From positions 1 to 36,481 of the forward strand of contig JAXLNO010000531.1 of the NCBI GenBank assembly GCA_038087875.1: a DNA stretch of 36,481 bases, read 5' to 3'. Numbering within the stretch: the stretch's first letter is position 1; the number at the start of each line of letters is the position of its first letter. The position numbers and the translations under genes were made by a program. This DNA comes from Malacoraja senta. Lineage: Eukaryota. Of the stretch, positions 1-10,848 are shown piece after piece. The notes under the pieces are model-generated. The model worked only from the letters and a program-made list of their open reading frames with translations. It did no database searches and was not told the origin of the DNA.

Positions 1-1086
1 TGAAGTTCCTAAGAGAGAGGGGCCCCGCTCACGTGAGGACTGCGTGGAAAAAACCGCAGTGTGTTTTCAACATGAAGATCACAGTTGCTAGCCTAAATAT
101 AAATGGTGGAAGGGGGGACTTTTGTAGATTTCAACATCTATCAGTCCTCAGAGAGGGGAAATATGCAGTGAGGTTTCTGCAAGAGACGCATACTGTTGTC
201 AGTGATGAACCCATCTGGCGACTGGAGTGGGGAGGAGGGGTTTACATGTGCCACCTCAGCACTAATTCGAGTGGGGTGGCTTTCCTGTTGGCCCCGACTT
301 TCCAGCCAGAGATCCTGAAGGTGCAGGAAGTTGTGCCAGGCCGTTTGCTCTATCTGGCCGTGAGCCTGGATGGCATGCCATTACATTTCATTAACGTGTA
401 TGCCCCCAGCACCGGCAAGATGCAGGCGTGTCTACTTCAGGAGGTGACTGCTCTGCTGAGCAATATTGATTGAGAAGATTGTGTCTTCCTTTGGGGGGGC
501 TGGGGTGGAGAGTGTTGCACAGAGCCCTGGCGTGTAATAAACTTTTGAGTTGGTTCAAGGGCTCGCAGGCCACCTGTATTTTCTGTGGCGAGATAGAGAC
601 CTTGTTCCACGTGTATATGGAATGTGTGAGGTTGCTGCCAATGTACCAATATCTGAAGGGGCTGCTCCTCAAGTTCTGGTTGCATTTTAGTCCCACGATC
701 TTGGTGTTTGGGCACAAGGCAGGGAGTGGGCAGGGACGATTGGGGGGATGAGATCTCCCTGTCGGTTTGCTCCTGGGCCTGGCAAAGATGGCCATTCGTG
801 GGTCCAGGCAGCGGGCGGTCGATGGTCACACCAGAGTCGGCTTCCTGCCCCTCTTCCGGGCCTATGTCCATGCTCGCGAGGTCCCTGGAGAGGGAAAACG
901 CGGTGTCCACGGGGACTCTGGAGGCCTTCCGTGAACGCTGGTCGCCGCGGGGGCTCGAGAGCATTGTTAATATTGATTGCACAATTGTGTTATAATGACT
1001 GCTTGATGTATTGTAACCATTGAATGTTTATGTACTTTGGGCACGCTGTAATGTGTAATTGCTGAATAAAGTCCTTGGAAAGAAAA
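1..1086 (+). mobile_element. Tx1-clade (L1 group) non-LTR retrotransposon, internally deleted: ORF2 AP-endonuclease N-terminus joined directly to the C-terminal zf-RVT region and 3' UTR
   Basis: 72-473 encodes MKITVASLNING..FLQETH..SSGVAFLL..PGRLL..INVYAP (APE domain). From ~500: LGWRVLHRALACN..CIFCGEIETLFHVYMEC..FWLHFSPTILVFGH, then ERENAVSTGTLEAFRERW. AATAAA at 1065-1070 precedes the (GA)n tract. No RT domain; stop codon and frameshifts present. Confidence 0.88.
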
Positions 1087-1280
1087 GAGAGAGAGAGAGA
1101 GCATTAGAGAATTAGAGAGAGATGGAGAGAGAGAGAGAAAGAGAGAATAGAGATCGAGATAGAGAGAGAGATAAAGAGAGAGAGTGAGAGAGAGAGAGAT
1201 AAGAGAGAGAGAGAGGAGAGACACACAGAGAGACAGAGAGCGAGAGACAGAGACAGAGACAGAGAGCGAGAGACAGAGAC

Positions 1281-1378
<98 letters not shown>

Positions 1379-1690
1379 AGAGAGATGGAGAGAGAGGTGG
1401 AGAGAGAGAGAGAGAGAGAGAGAGGTGGAGAGAGAGAGAGAGAGAGGTGGAGAGAGAGAGAGGGGGAGAGAGAGAGAGAGAGAGAGAGAGGTGGAGAGAG
1501 AGAGGTGGAGAGAGAGAGGTGGAGAGAGAGAGAGAGAGAGGTGGAGAGAGAGAGAGAGAGAGGGAGAGAGAGAGAGAGAGACAGGAGAGAGAGAGAGGGA
1601 GAGGGAGAGAGAGAGGGAGAGAGAGAGGGACAGAGAGAGGGATAGAGAGAGATATATAGAGAGAGATAGAAATAGAGAGAGATAGAGATA
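1087..1690. repeat. Compound (GA)n microsatellite with GAGACA, GAGGTG and GAGATG variants; continues at 3305-3350 beyond the Tc1
   Basis: Directly visible; explains the ERER/SLSL ORFs. Confidence 0.97.
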
Positions 1691-3304
1691 CAGTGGCTTG
1701 CAAAAAAGTTTTCATACCCCTTGAACTTTTCCACATTTTGTCACGTTACAACCACAAACGTAAATGTATTTTATTGGGATTTTATGTGATAGACCAACAC
1801 AAAGTGGTGCATAATTGTGAAGTGGAAGGAAAATGATACATGGATTTCACATTTTTTTACAAATAAAAAACTGAAAAGTGGCGTGCAAAAGTATTCAGCC
1901 CCCCTGAGTCAATACTTTGTAGAACCACCTTTCGCTGCAATTACAGCTGCAAGTCTTTTGGGTATGTCTCTGCCAGCTTTGCACATCTAGAGACTGAAAT
2001 TTTTGCCCATTCTTCTTTGCAAAATAACTCAAGCTCAGTCAGATTGGATGGAGAGCGTCTGTGAACAGCAATTTTCAAGTCTTGCCAGAGATTCTCAATT
2101 GGATTTAGGGCTGGACTTTGACTGGGCCATTCTAGCACATGAATATGCTTTGATCTAAACCATTCCATTGTAGCTCTGGCTGTATGTTTAGGGTCGTTGT
2201 CCTGCTGGAAGGTGAACTTCCGCCCCAGTCTCAAGTCTTTTGCAGACTCTAACAGGTTTTCTTCCAATATTGCCCTGTATTTGGCTCCATCCATCTTCCC
2301 ATCAACTCTGACCAGCTTCCCTGTCCCTGCTGAAGAAAAGCATCCCCACAGCATGATGCTGCCACCACCATGTTTCACAGTGGGGATGGTGTGTTCAGGG
2401 TGATGTGCAGTGTTTGTTTTCCGCCACACATAGCGTTTTGCATTTAGGCCAAAAACTTCAATTTTGGTCTCATCTGACCAGAGCACCTTCCTCCACATGT
2501 TTGCTGTGTCCCCCACATGGCTTGTGGCAAACTGCAAATGGGACTTCTTATGGCTTTTTTTCAACAATGGCTTTTTTCTTGCCACTCTTCCATAAAGGCC
2601 CGATTTGTGGAGTGCACGACTAATAGTTGTCCTGTGGACAGATTCTCCCACCTGAGCTGTGGATCTTTGCAGCTCCTCCAGAGTTACCATGGTACTTGGC
2701 TGCTTCTCTGATCAATGCTCTCCTTGCCCGGCCTGTCAGTTTAGGTGGACGGCCATGTCTTGGTAGGTTTGCAGTTGTGCCATACTCTTTCCATTTTCGG
2801 ATGATGGATTGAACAGTGCTCCGTGAGATATTCAAAGCTTGGGATATTTTTTTATAACCTAACCCTGCTTTAAACTTCTCCACAACTTTATCCCTGACCT
2901 GTCTGGTGTGTTCCTTGGGCTTCATGATGCTGTTTGTTCACTAATCTTCTCTAACAAACCTCTGAGGCCTTCACAGAACAACTGTATTTATACTGAGATT
3001 AGATTACACACAAGTGGACTCTATTTACTTATTAGGTGACTTCTGAAGGCAATTGGTTGCACTGGATTTTATTTAGGGGTATCAGAGTAAAGGGGGCTGA
3101 ATACTTTTGCACGCCACACTGTTCAGTTTTTTATTTGTAAAAAAATTTGTAAACCATGTATAATTTTCCTTCCACTTCACTATTATGCGCCACTTTGTGT
3201 TGGTCTATCACATAAAATCCCAATAAAATACATTTACGTTTGTGGTTGTAACGTGACAAAATGCAGAAAACTTCAAGGGGTATGAATACTTTTGCAAGCC
3301 ACTG
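1691..3304 (-). mobile_element. Full-length Tc1/mariner DNA transposon, IR/DR type, Passport(PPTN)-like, 1614 bp
   Basis: TA|CAGTGGCTTGCAAAA...TTTTGCAAGCCACTG|TA with TA target duplication at 1689-1690 and 3305-3306. ~215-bp terminal inverted repeats, each with outer and inner direct repeats (TGCAAAAGTATTCAxxCCCC). Internal transposase gene. Confidence 0.96.
1909..2925 (-). pseudogene. Tc1 DD34E transposase with two frameshifts
   Basis: MKPKEHTRQVRDKVV..GRPPKL (paired-like HTH) shifts near 2692 into MVTLEELQ..WSDE..QQDND-(34 aa)-NPIE. A second 1-nt loss near 1956 hides the C-terminus RLAAVIAAKGGSTKY-stop (TGA at 1909-1911). Confidence 0.93.
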
Positions 3305-3350
3305 TATATAGAGATAGAGGGAGAGAGGCAGAGAGAGAGAGAGAGAGAGA

Positions 3351-3515
3351 GCCTGTATTTGTGTGGCGAGGTAGAGACCGTGTTCCACGTGTATATGGAG
3401 TGTGTGAGGTTGCTGCTCCCATACCAATATCTGAAGGGGCTGCTGCTCAGGTTCTGGTTGCATTTTAGTCGCATGATCCTGGTGTTTGGGCACAAGGCAG
3501 GGAGTGGGGAGGGCC
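3351..3515 (+). mobile_element. Second Tx1-clade fragment (zf-RVT region), same family as 1-1086
   Basis: CGEVETVFHVYMECVRLL..YQYLKGLLLRFWLHFS..LVFGHKAGSG aligns by eye with 573-735. Confidence 0.9.
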
Positions 3516-3639
3516 CGCCTCGGCCCCGCTTCCCTTGCCCCCCCCCCCCGCTGGTCCCTATTACTCCCCTCGGCCCCGCTCGCTGGACACGCCCCCACCC
3601 GCTGGCCTCGGCCCCGCCTCGCCTCCCGTGGGGGCTACG

Positions 3640-3733
3640 GGTTCATGGTGCAATATTGCGTTGGGGAACGGGCTGCGTCGGGGGACCAGGCCTCCCGTGT
3701 GACAGCGATCCAACGGGTCTGCACTTGCTCTAG
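3640..3733 (+). mobile_element. Helitron 3' terminus (fragment)
   Basis: GGGGGACCAGGCCTCCCGTGTGAC..GATCCAACGGGTC..CACTTGCTCTAG|T: degenerate subterminal hairpin, then CTAG (3730-3733) followed by T. Homologous to 21683-21741. Confidence 0.75.
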
Positions 3734-4010
3734 TTATTCTTATTTTTTGTTATTTTGGGCGAAGTTCACCCCTTTTGTCTCACTTTTATTTATGTTACTA
3801 TCTTTATTTTTTTTGGTATTGTTTTGAGCGACGTTTTGATTTTGTTTTTCAGTGAGTCGAGCAAGCTGCTGATTTTAACTGGGCTGGTGGGCACCTGGAT
3901 CAGGATGGAGTGCAGGTAGAAATAAGTTTATCTTGGGCATAGACACTGCGGGCTGAAGGGCCGGCTCCTGTTTACTGCTCTGGGTTATGTTTTGTTTTTG
4001 TTTTGTAAAC

Positions 4011-4069
4011 GGTGCAGGAGTAGGCCATTCGGCCCTTCAATCCAGCACCCCCATTCATTGTGATCATGG
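4011..4069 (-). mobile_element. CR1 (HER1-type) LINE 3' tail fragment
   Basis: GGTGCAGGAGTAGGCCATTCGGCCCTTC..GTGATCATGG, the same tail found on the RT-bearing CR1 copy at 34241-35006. Confidence 0.75.
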
Positions 4070-4538
4070 GGGGAGGGGTGGTGTGTGATTGTGGGCGCCC
4101 ATTCCAGGTGGGGCAAGAGGAAGAGAGAGAGGGGCGGGGGGGGGGGGGGGGGGTGTAGTGAGGAGAAGTGTCATATCTAGCCCTGATTTAATTTAATAAA
4201 TGTTCGTGGCTTTGATTGCAATTGATTTATATGATTGCTGCATTTAACTACAGAGTTCCAATGTCTGTTTGTGAAAAATATGGTTGAGAAATGATTGCTT
4301 ATAACTTAGATAATTAGTACAGAGATCTGCCAGTAAATGGATATGTTAAAGAAAAACAGGTGCTATCAATCTGAAACAAAACGATGATTGCTGCACAATG
4401 TACAGCAGATCATTTAGCATTAGTGGACTCTCCACTGACGTGCTGAGTGTATCCATTCATCATTTGCTATCTTCAACATCTGTCAGCCTTGGTACAACAC
4501 ACCTGCCTTTGAATATCAATAATACACATAAGATAGAT

Positions 4539-4578
<40 letters not shown>

Positions 4579-4751
4579 TCCTTTCCAATCATGGCTGCTC
4601 TCTGCCTCCTAATCCCATTTTCCTGCCTTCTCCCCATAACCCATGACTCATGTTCTAATCAGAGTTCGGGTTGTTACGAGTATACTGTTTGAATCATAAC
4701 ACCGTAGTGTTTTGAGAATTTGAAAGTTTGCACGTTAAGACGTAGTTGCTG

Positions 4752-5170
4752 GACTTTGACTTAGACTTAGTTCCTCCCACACTGTTGAGCTCATTGGTCA
4801 GCAAGCTTTCACCCTTCTGTTCGGTCATGTGCACCATCTTCCACCCTCGATAGGTTCGCGTCCCAGGCTTCCAAATCCTTCTGGAATGTTCACCTCCATA
4901 TGAGTTTTGGTCGGCCTCTTTTCCTTCTTCCGTCAGGTTGTCATTGCTATCTTAGGTGCACGTTCTGGTAACATTCTGAGTACATGTCCTGCAGATTTCA
5001 TCCTGCGTACCTGTATGTCCTGGCTGAGAGGCTTTGTTGCAGTTTCCCGGTAGACAGATGCATTCTCGGGTGTCTTTCCTTTGAGAACCACCAACTTACA
5101 AGAAGTACAGCTGTATCAATTGCTGAACTGTAGTATGGGCAATCAGTGATGGTATTGCCAGCATAAATAT
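4752..5170 (-). mobile_element. RTE-clade LINE 3' end, decayed
   Basis: Minus strand reads RRMKSAGHVLRMLPERAPKIAM..PDGRRKRGRPK (typical RTE C-terminus), with a (CTAAGT)n-type tandem tail at ~4752-4772. Confidence 0.7.
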
Positions 5171-5752
5171 TGACTGCGAATTAATTATTTAAAATGTTAA
5201 AATTATTAAAAAGATGTATATTTTTGTCTTTGTAAACGCAGTGCAAAGGAAGAAATGAATAAACCAAACACAAGTAGAATATCGAAAATCATAAACTTGG
5301 TAGGTAGTGATATAGATACACAAATTGTTTTAATATCAATCCATTTGAATAACATTCATATCAATTTCTAAACTGAAGTTTTCAGTTAAAGTTAACATGA
5401 TTTATTAATTCTAAAGTAATTGTATCTATAATATAATGCAGGTAAAGTTCACAAGTTATAGGAATAGAATTGGGCCATTCGGCCCATTGGGTCCACTGCC
5501 ATTCAATCATGGCTGATCTCTGCCTCCTAATCCCATTTTCCTGCCTTCTCCCCGTATCCCTTGACACCTGTTCTAATCAAGAATTTGTCTATCTCTGCCT
5601 TAAAAATATCCACTGACTTGGCCTCCACAGCCCTCTGTGGCAATGAGTTTTACAGATTAAATACCATTTGACTAAATAAGTTCCTCCTCACTTCCACCTC
5701 TTTCTGAAAGAGCATCCTTTAATTCAGAGACGATGAAACTCTGGTCCTAGAC

Positions 5753-6107
5753 CAGGGGTGGGGAACATGCGGCCTTCTAGGCCATTAAGTGTGGCCTTTT
5801 GAATGAATCCAAATTTTGTAGAACAAATCCTTTTATTTTTATTAATATATTTTTGTTCGTCTTTTATTTTTTTCATTTTAATCTTAAAATGAACGTATTT
5901 AAAATACTAAAGAGTAAAAGAAGATTCAACGAAATAATCCTCCCCGACTGACGGCCACACTTAAAACAATAGTAAGTCATGAGGGCTATTTTAACAAAAT
6001 AATGTACATTTTGAAGTATATGTAATTGAAGTTTCTTGGATGCGGCCTTAATAGATTACAGCGAACTTAATGCGGCATTCCAACATGGAAAAGGTTCCCT
6101 GCCCCTT
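5753..6107. mobile_element. Non-autonomous hAT (Charlie/Buster-like) MITE, 355 bp
   Basis: 8-bp TSD TCCTAGAC at 5745-5752 and 6108-6115. Imperfect TIRs CAGGGGTGGGGAAC / GTTCCCTGCCCCTT, TGCGGCC subterminal motifs, AT-rich core. Confidence 0.88.
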
Positions 6108-6137
6108 TCCTAGACTCTCCCACCATTGGAAACATCC

Positions 6138-6890
6138 TATAGCCTGGGACTGGATGTCAATATCCCGACAGGCTTTGGGAGGATGCTACTAGCTAGAGAC
6201 AGACAGAGCAAAACTCTGGGAACAGGAGAACAAAGAAACACCGTGAAAATGGTCACATGATGAACATCTGGTGAGAACAGAACTGCACGTAATTTCATTG
6301 CTCGGCAGTATGGCCTTGAGAAGATAAGGTGTCTGGGAACGGCCATTTTACAAAGGCACTGTATGATGAGAATGAAAATATGAACTGGCAACATAATTAA
6401 GAACTCCCCAGCCTGATAAGGAACGAAGATGCGTTTTGTTTATTCAGCATTTGGATGAGTGACAACTCAAAATGATTGACTTTAGAATTGTGAGAGCGTT
6501 GGGTTTGAACAAAGTCTTCCTTTAGGAGATTGAAGGATTACTATTAACATTAACATTAGTATAAGACTTCGGCAGCGACAACCCAGGAACAACCATCACA
6601 AGGAGGAGGGACCTGAGTTCAAAGCTCAGAGAAGACAAACCCCCTACCAACAGAGTGACTCTGTCCAATTCATTCATAGGGGCAATATCTGACTTTGTGA
6701 TTTAGTTTAAGAAGTGATAAGTTGAAATAGTAAAGTCAATGAGAAGTTATTAGAAGTCAAGTGTTTGCATGCATGTTTTAAGTTACTCGACTGTTAATAA
6801 ATATTTAGTTGCACTAAACTAAATTAAACCTCGGTTTAGAGTTTTGTTCGACATGTCAGTTGATACCCTAGAGAGGTAATAGGGTCACCA
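6138..6890 (+). mobile_element. Probable solo LTR, 753 bp
   Basis: Clean insertion in CR1 flanked by ATCC (6134-6137, 6891-6894; alternatively ATCCT). Ends TA(=TG variant)...CA, TATAA ~6559, AATAAA ~6796, no coding capacity. Confidence 0.7.
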
Positions 6891-7494
6891 ATCCTTTCCA
6901 CATTCACTCTATGCCTTTCATTATTCTGTAAGTTTCAATGTGACCACCCCCCCCCCCCCCCCAACTTTCTAAACTCCAGCGAGTAGGGGCCCAGTACTGT
7001 CAAACGCTCACCATGTGCTAACCCACTCATTCCTGAATCATTCTTGTAAACCTCCTCTGGACCCTCTCCAGAGCCAGCACATCCTTCCTCAGATATGGTG
7101 TCCAAATTTGCTCACAGTACTGCAAATGCGGGCTGACCAGCGCCTTATAGAGCCTCAGCATTGTATCTCTCCTTATAGAGCCTCAGCATTGCATCTCTCC
7201 TTATAGAGCCTTATAGAGCCTCAGCATTATTTGTCTTGCCTAAAGGTTTATAGTAAGTCTGCCGACTACTCTTTTTCACTTTTATTGATTAGTACTCCGT
7301 TTCTTCCATTTCTCATTCTCACTGGCCTTTTGTTCTCTCGTATACCTGTATTATTTCTTTAAGACAAACTTAAAGGAATTATTTAACTTCTCTGCCATTC
7401 TCCATATTTAATTCTCCTGTCTCTGCCTGTAAGGGCCCACACCTGCCATATTTAGCATTATCCTCCTGCTGTCCATTTTATGTTCACACCATTC

Positions 7495-7830
7495 AAGGCA
7501 TAGTTTCGGCCCACCTTACTCATGCCAAGTGAGATTTATTCTAGTCCCATTTGCTCACATTTGGCCCATATCTCTTCAAATCTTTCCTATCCACACGTGC
7601 CCATCCAAGTGTTTTTTTAAATGATGTTATAGTACCTGTTTTAACTATCTCCTCTGGCAGCTCCTTCTATATACACACCACCCTGTGTGTGGAAAACTTT
7701 GACCCTCTGGTTCCTCTTGAATATTGCCCATCTCACCTTAAATCTATGTCCTCTGGTTCTTGATTTCCCCTACTCTGGGTAAAAGGCTGTGCATTCATCC
7801 TATCTATTCCCCTCATCATTTTGCACACCT
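7495..7830 (-). mobile_element. Older CR1 LINE 3' end fragment
   Basis: ..CGGCCCAC..ATAGTACCTG..AACTATCTCCTCTGGCAGCTC..CACCACCC..CCTCTGGTTCTTGATTTCCCC, the reverse complement of the tail type at 27130-27440. Confidence 0.7.
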
Positions 7831-8714
7831 TGTCTTGTATTCCATCTGGCATTTCTTTATCAATTTCTTGGTTCTCCTTTGTTCTAAATGCTCCCATTCT
7901 TCAGGTCAAAAACTATTTCTGACAGCATGAACTTTTTGACACTCCCTTTATTCCTCGAGCGAGCCATGGATAATTCACTGTTTTTTGTTGGGTTTTTGTG
8001 CATTAAAATAATTTTCTTTATTGTCTTGATGTCAGATCAAAGGGAAGATAAAGGGGTCAAAATGGAAACCTAAAATGATGCCCTTTGAAGATGGTCTAGG
8101 AAATGATGAACCTGGTGAAGCAATTCCACACATTGTGCAAGATAAATACAAATAATTTTGCTCTGACATATCCATAAGGAAACAACAATTTATTGGGAAC
8201 TGAACATAATACTTGAAATGAAGTAGTCACCAAAAAGTGCATCATTTTGAAAGCCACTTTTCTATGTTTCTCACATTTAATGAGTCAATGGTACTTTATT
8301 GTCTCATGTATCTAGGTAGAGTGAAATTCATGTTTTGTATACAGTTCAGTAACAATCTTGTTGAAAATGGGGCACAATCATACTAAAGTACTGGAGTGTG
8401 AGATTAGTAGATCACATTGAGGCACTACACCAGAGTCGCCATGTTTCCAGCGACATCTTGTGCCCTTCAAGTTCAGAGTTATTAAAAATGTGAGAGTCCC
8501 AACTTGGCCATAAAGGCACATTGTCCAGGCGGTGGCAGTGGGTTGGAGTTGCAGGGGTCAGCTTGACCAGGTGATGTGTCGATGCCCTCCACCGTTGCTC
8601 CACTGCTCCGTGCCGATGCAGGCTGCATCTGATCCACACGCATGGCCATTTGGAACAGCGCCTGATCTAATTGGAATTTGGAAGGGGAGGGATGGAGAGA
8701 GAGGGAAAGCAAGG

Positions 8715-8900
8715 GTTATTTTGAAGTCAATATTCATACCGCTGCCCAAGCGAAATGTGTGGTGCTGTTCCTCCAATTCGTGCTGGGCCTGACTCTGACA
8801 TTGGAGGAGGCCCAGGCCAGAAAGGTCAGTATGGGAATGGGAGGGGGAATTAAAGTGTTTAGCAATTGGGAGATCAGGTAGGTTTAGGTCGACTGAGCGC
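8715..8900 (-). mobile_element. Penelope-like element GIY-YIG endonuclease C-terminal fragment
   Basis: Minus strand: LNLPDLPIAKHFNSPSHSHTDLS..GLLQCQSQA..EEQH..FRLGSGMNIDF. Confidence 0.75.
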
Positions 8901-8968
8901 AGTCGAGGATCGAACCTGGGTCTCTGGCGTTGGGAGGCAGCAACTCTACCATCTGTGTCACTGTGCCT
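8901..8968 (-). mobile_element. tRNA-derived SINE head (HE1/V-SINE type)
   Basis: Reverse complement GGCACAGTGACACAGATGGTAGAG..CCAGGTTCGATCC: degenerate A box and intact B box. Confidence 0.7.
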
Positions 8969-9104
8969 CCCTTCTCTGTATGGAAACCCAATCGCAGATT
9001 AGGCAACCGGTTTGCAGAGCCGTTACATTTAGTATCCCAAGGGTGAAGCAGTGTGACTATTCTCATGGGGTAGTTACATTTTTTTAATGGAAAGTCTTTC
9101 ATTA

Positions 9105-10042
9105 TCTAAGCTAGTGGACTGGTGCGGCAAAAATAATCTAGAACTAAATGTGGAAAAAACAAAGGAGATGGTTGTCGACTTCAGGAGGGCGCAGCCAAAG
9201 CATGCACCCCTTAACATCAGTGGCGCCACAGTGGAGAGAGTGGAGAGCATAAAGTTCCTCGGGGTGCAAATTACGGACAGCCTCACCTGGTCCAGAAACA
9301 CCACTGGGACCGTCAAAAGGGCCCATCAACGACGGCACTTCCTGAGGAAACTAAAACAGGCCTCACTCCCCACCAACATCCTCAGGACTTTCTACAGGGG
9401 TACGGTGGAGTCTGTACTCACGTACTGTTTAAATACGTGGTACTCCACCTGCAACTGCTCGGACAGGAAGGCTCTGCAGAGGGTAGTGAGGGGAGCAGAG
9501 AAGATCATTGGCGTCTCCCTACCCTCGGTACAAGAACTTCCTGAGCCGCTGTCGGAAAAAAGCTCAAAAAATTGCCAAGGACAAAATGCACCCCCTCCAC
9601 ATACACCTGGATCTCCTGCCATCAGGCAAGAGATATCGCTGCATCAAAGCCCGGACTACAAGACTGCTAAACACCTTCCTGCCATATGCTGTGAGGCTGC
9701 TAAACAACCACTCTGTACTCACAGTCACCTGATTCTGCAGCTTGGCACGGACACTATAATAACTGGCACTGGCCACTTCAATAACTGGCACTGGCCACTC
9801 AAATCAGCCACCCCGGACATGTTTATGATTGGTCTTACTGTACTTTAACGTTGTTTGTATCTATTTTAACTTATACTGTTCCATCAGGGACTGGATTGTT
9901 TTAGTGTTGTTATTATTATGTGTGAAATGTTTTAAACGTCATGTGCGATGCTCCGGTATTCCCTGGGAAACGTCTTTTCGTTTTGCACTGCACAACTGTT
10001 GCTTGCAAGATGACAATAAAGGAATTGAATTGAATTGAATTG
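9105..10042 (+). mobile_element. Rex1/Babar-clade LINE, 5'-truncated (RT C-terminus and 3' UTR)
   Basis: WCGKNNLELNVEKTKEMVVDFRR..VERVESIKFLGV..LTW..QRRHFLRKL..FYRGTVESVLTYC..DRKALQRVVR. Frameshift ~9540; AATAAA plus (GAATT)n tail at 10015-10042. Confidence 0.9.
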
Positions 10043-10848
10043 TCAAAAAATTAATGTTATTATCTATTATTAATTAAATTAATATAGCATTAAGAAATGG
10101 AATTAGAGTCCAAATAATGCCTAGAATAATACAATATGGTAAATGTCATTAGAGCTAAATATACAAAAGATATTTTGCAAACTATGACTTACACCCTGCA
10201 CTAAGATGTCAGTTGGTTGGAAAAACTCAATGGCTTGTTTTCAGAAGAATTTAGATTTGTACAATTAGTTTGTACTTTTAGTGATGATCAGAAAATGTTA
10301 TTCATCAACTTTTAACTTGGTATATTTCTCATTTATCCTTTTTTGCAGAACATATCAATCAGGATGCTTGCCAGCAATTGCCACCATTGCTGGCAAGCAC
10401 GAGAGTAACCAGTGATACCTGGGTTACATTTGTGCTCGTCTGGAAGTGAACCGTTCAATCATTTGCAGGTATTCCGTCCCTGAATCTTAAACGTCCCTTT
10501 CATTCTGAAATGTGTGCATCCACATTTAACTAAATGGGAGGATTCAATGTCCATGCTGTTGGGTTGTAAAGTACCCAAGTGGAATATAAGGTGTTCGTCC
10601 ACTTTTGAATGTGGCCTCACTCTTATTGATGGAGGTGGACTAGGATTGGAGCATCACTCAAGGAAGAGGGGGTTCAAAGAGCCTAGCACCCAGGACATCT
10701 GGCAGGCCTTGGTCGACTGAGTGCATGTATTTGGTGGATCAGTCGCATGATCTGCACTTGTTCTTGCCGATGGTAGGAGACCGCATCGGGAGGTTGAGTG
10801 TGGTGGATGGGGTTGGAGGACGTGTGTGTGTGTGAGTCCTGCCTCAAT

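Larger units (their letters stand above)
5447..7230 (-). mobile_element. 5'-truncated CR1 LINE 3' portion, split by two nested insertions (pieces 5447-5752, 6108-6137, 6891-7230)
   Basis: CR1 tail at 5447-5570. Sequence is collinear across both insertions (..GTCCTAGAC/TCTCCCACCATTGGAAACATCC/TTTCCACATTCACTCT..) and similar to 34241-34800. Confidence 0.85.

Noticed and set aside
967..1736. Long SLSL/ERER ORFs
   Set aside because: Translations of the (GA)n microsatellite.
8901..8968. tRNA gene
   Set aside because: A/B boxes only and no cloverleaf; matches a SINE head.
10365..10431. H/ACA snoRNA reading (AGAGTA box, ACA-TTT)
   Set aside because: The hairpins are far too short and lack pseudouridylation pockets.
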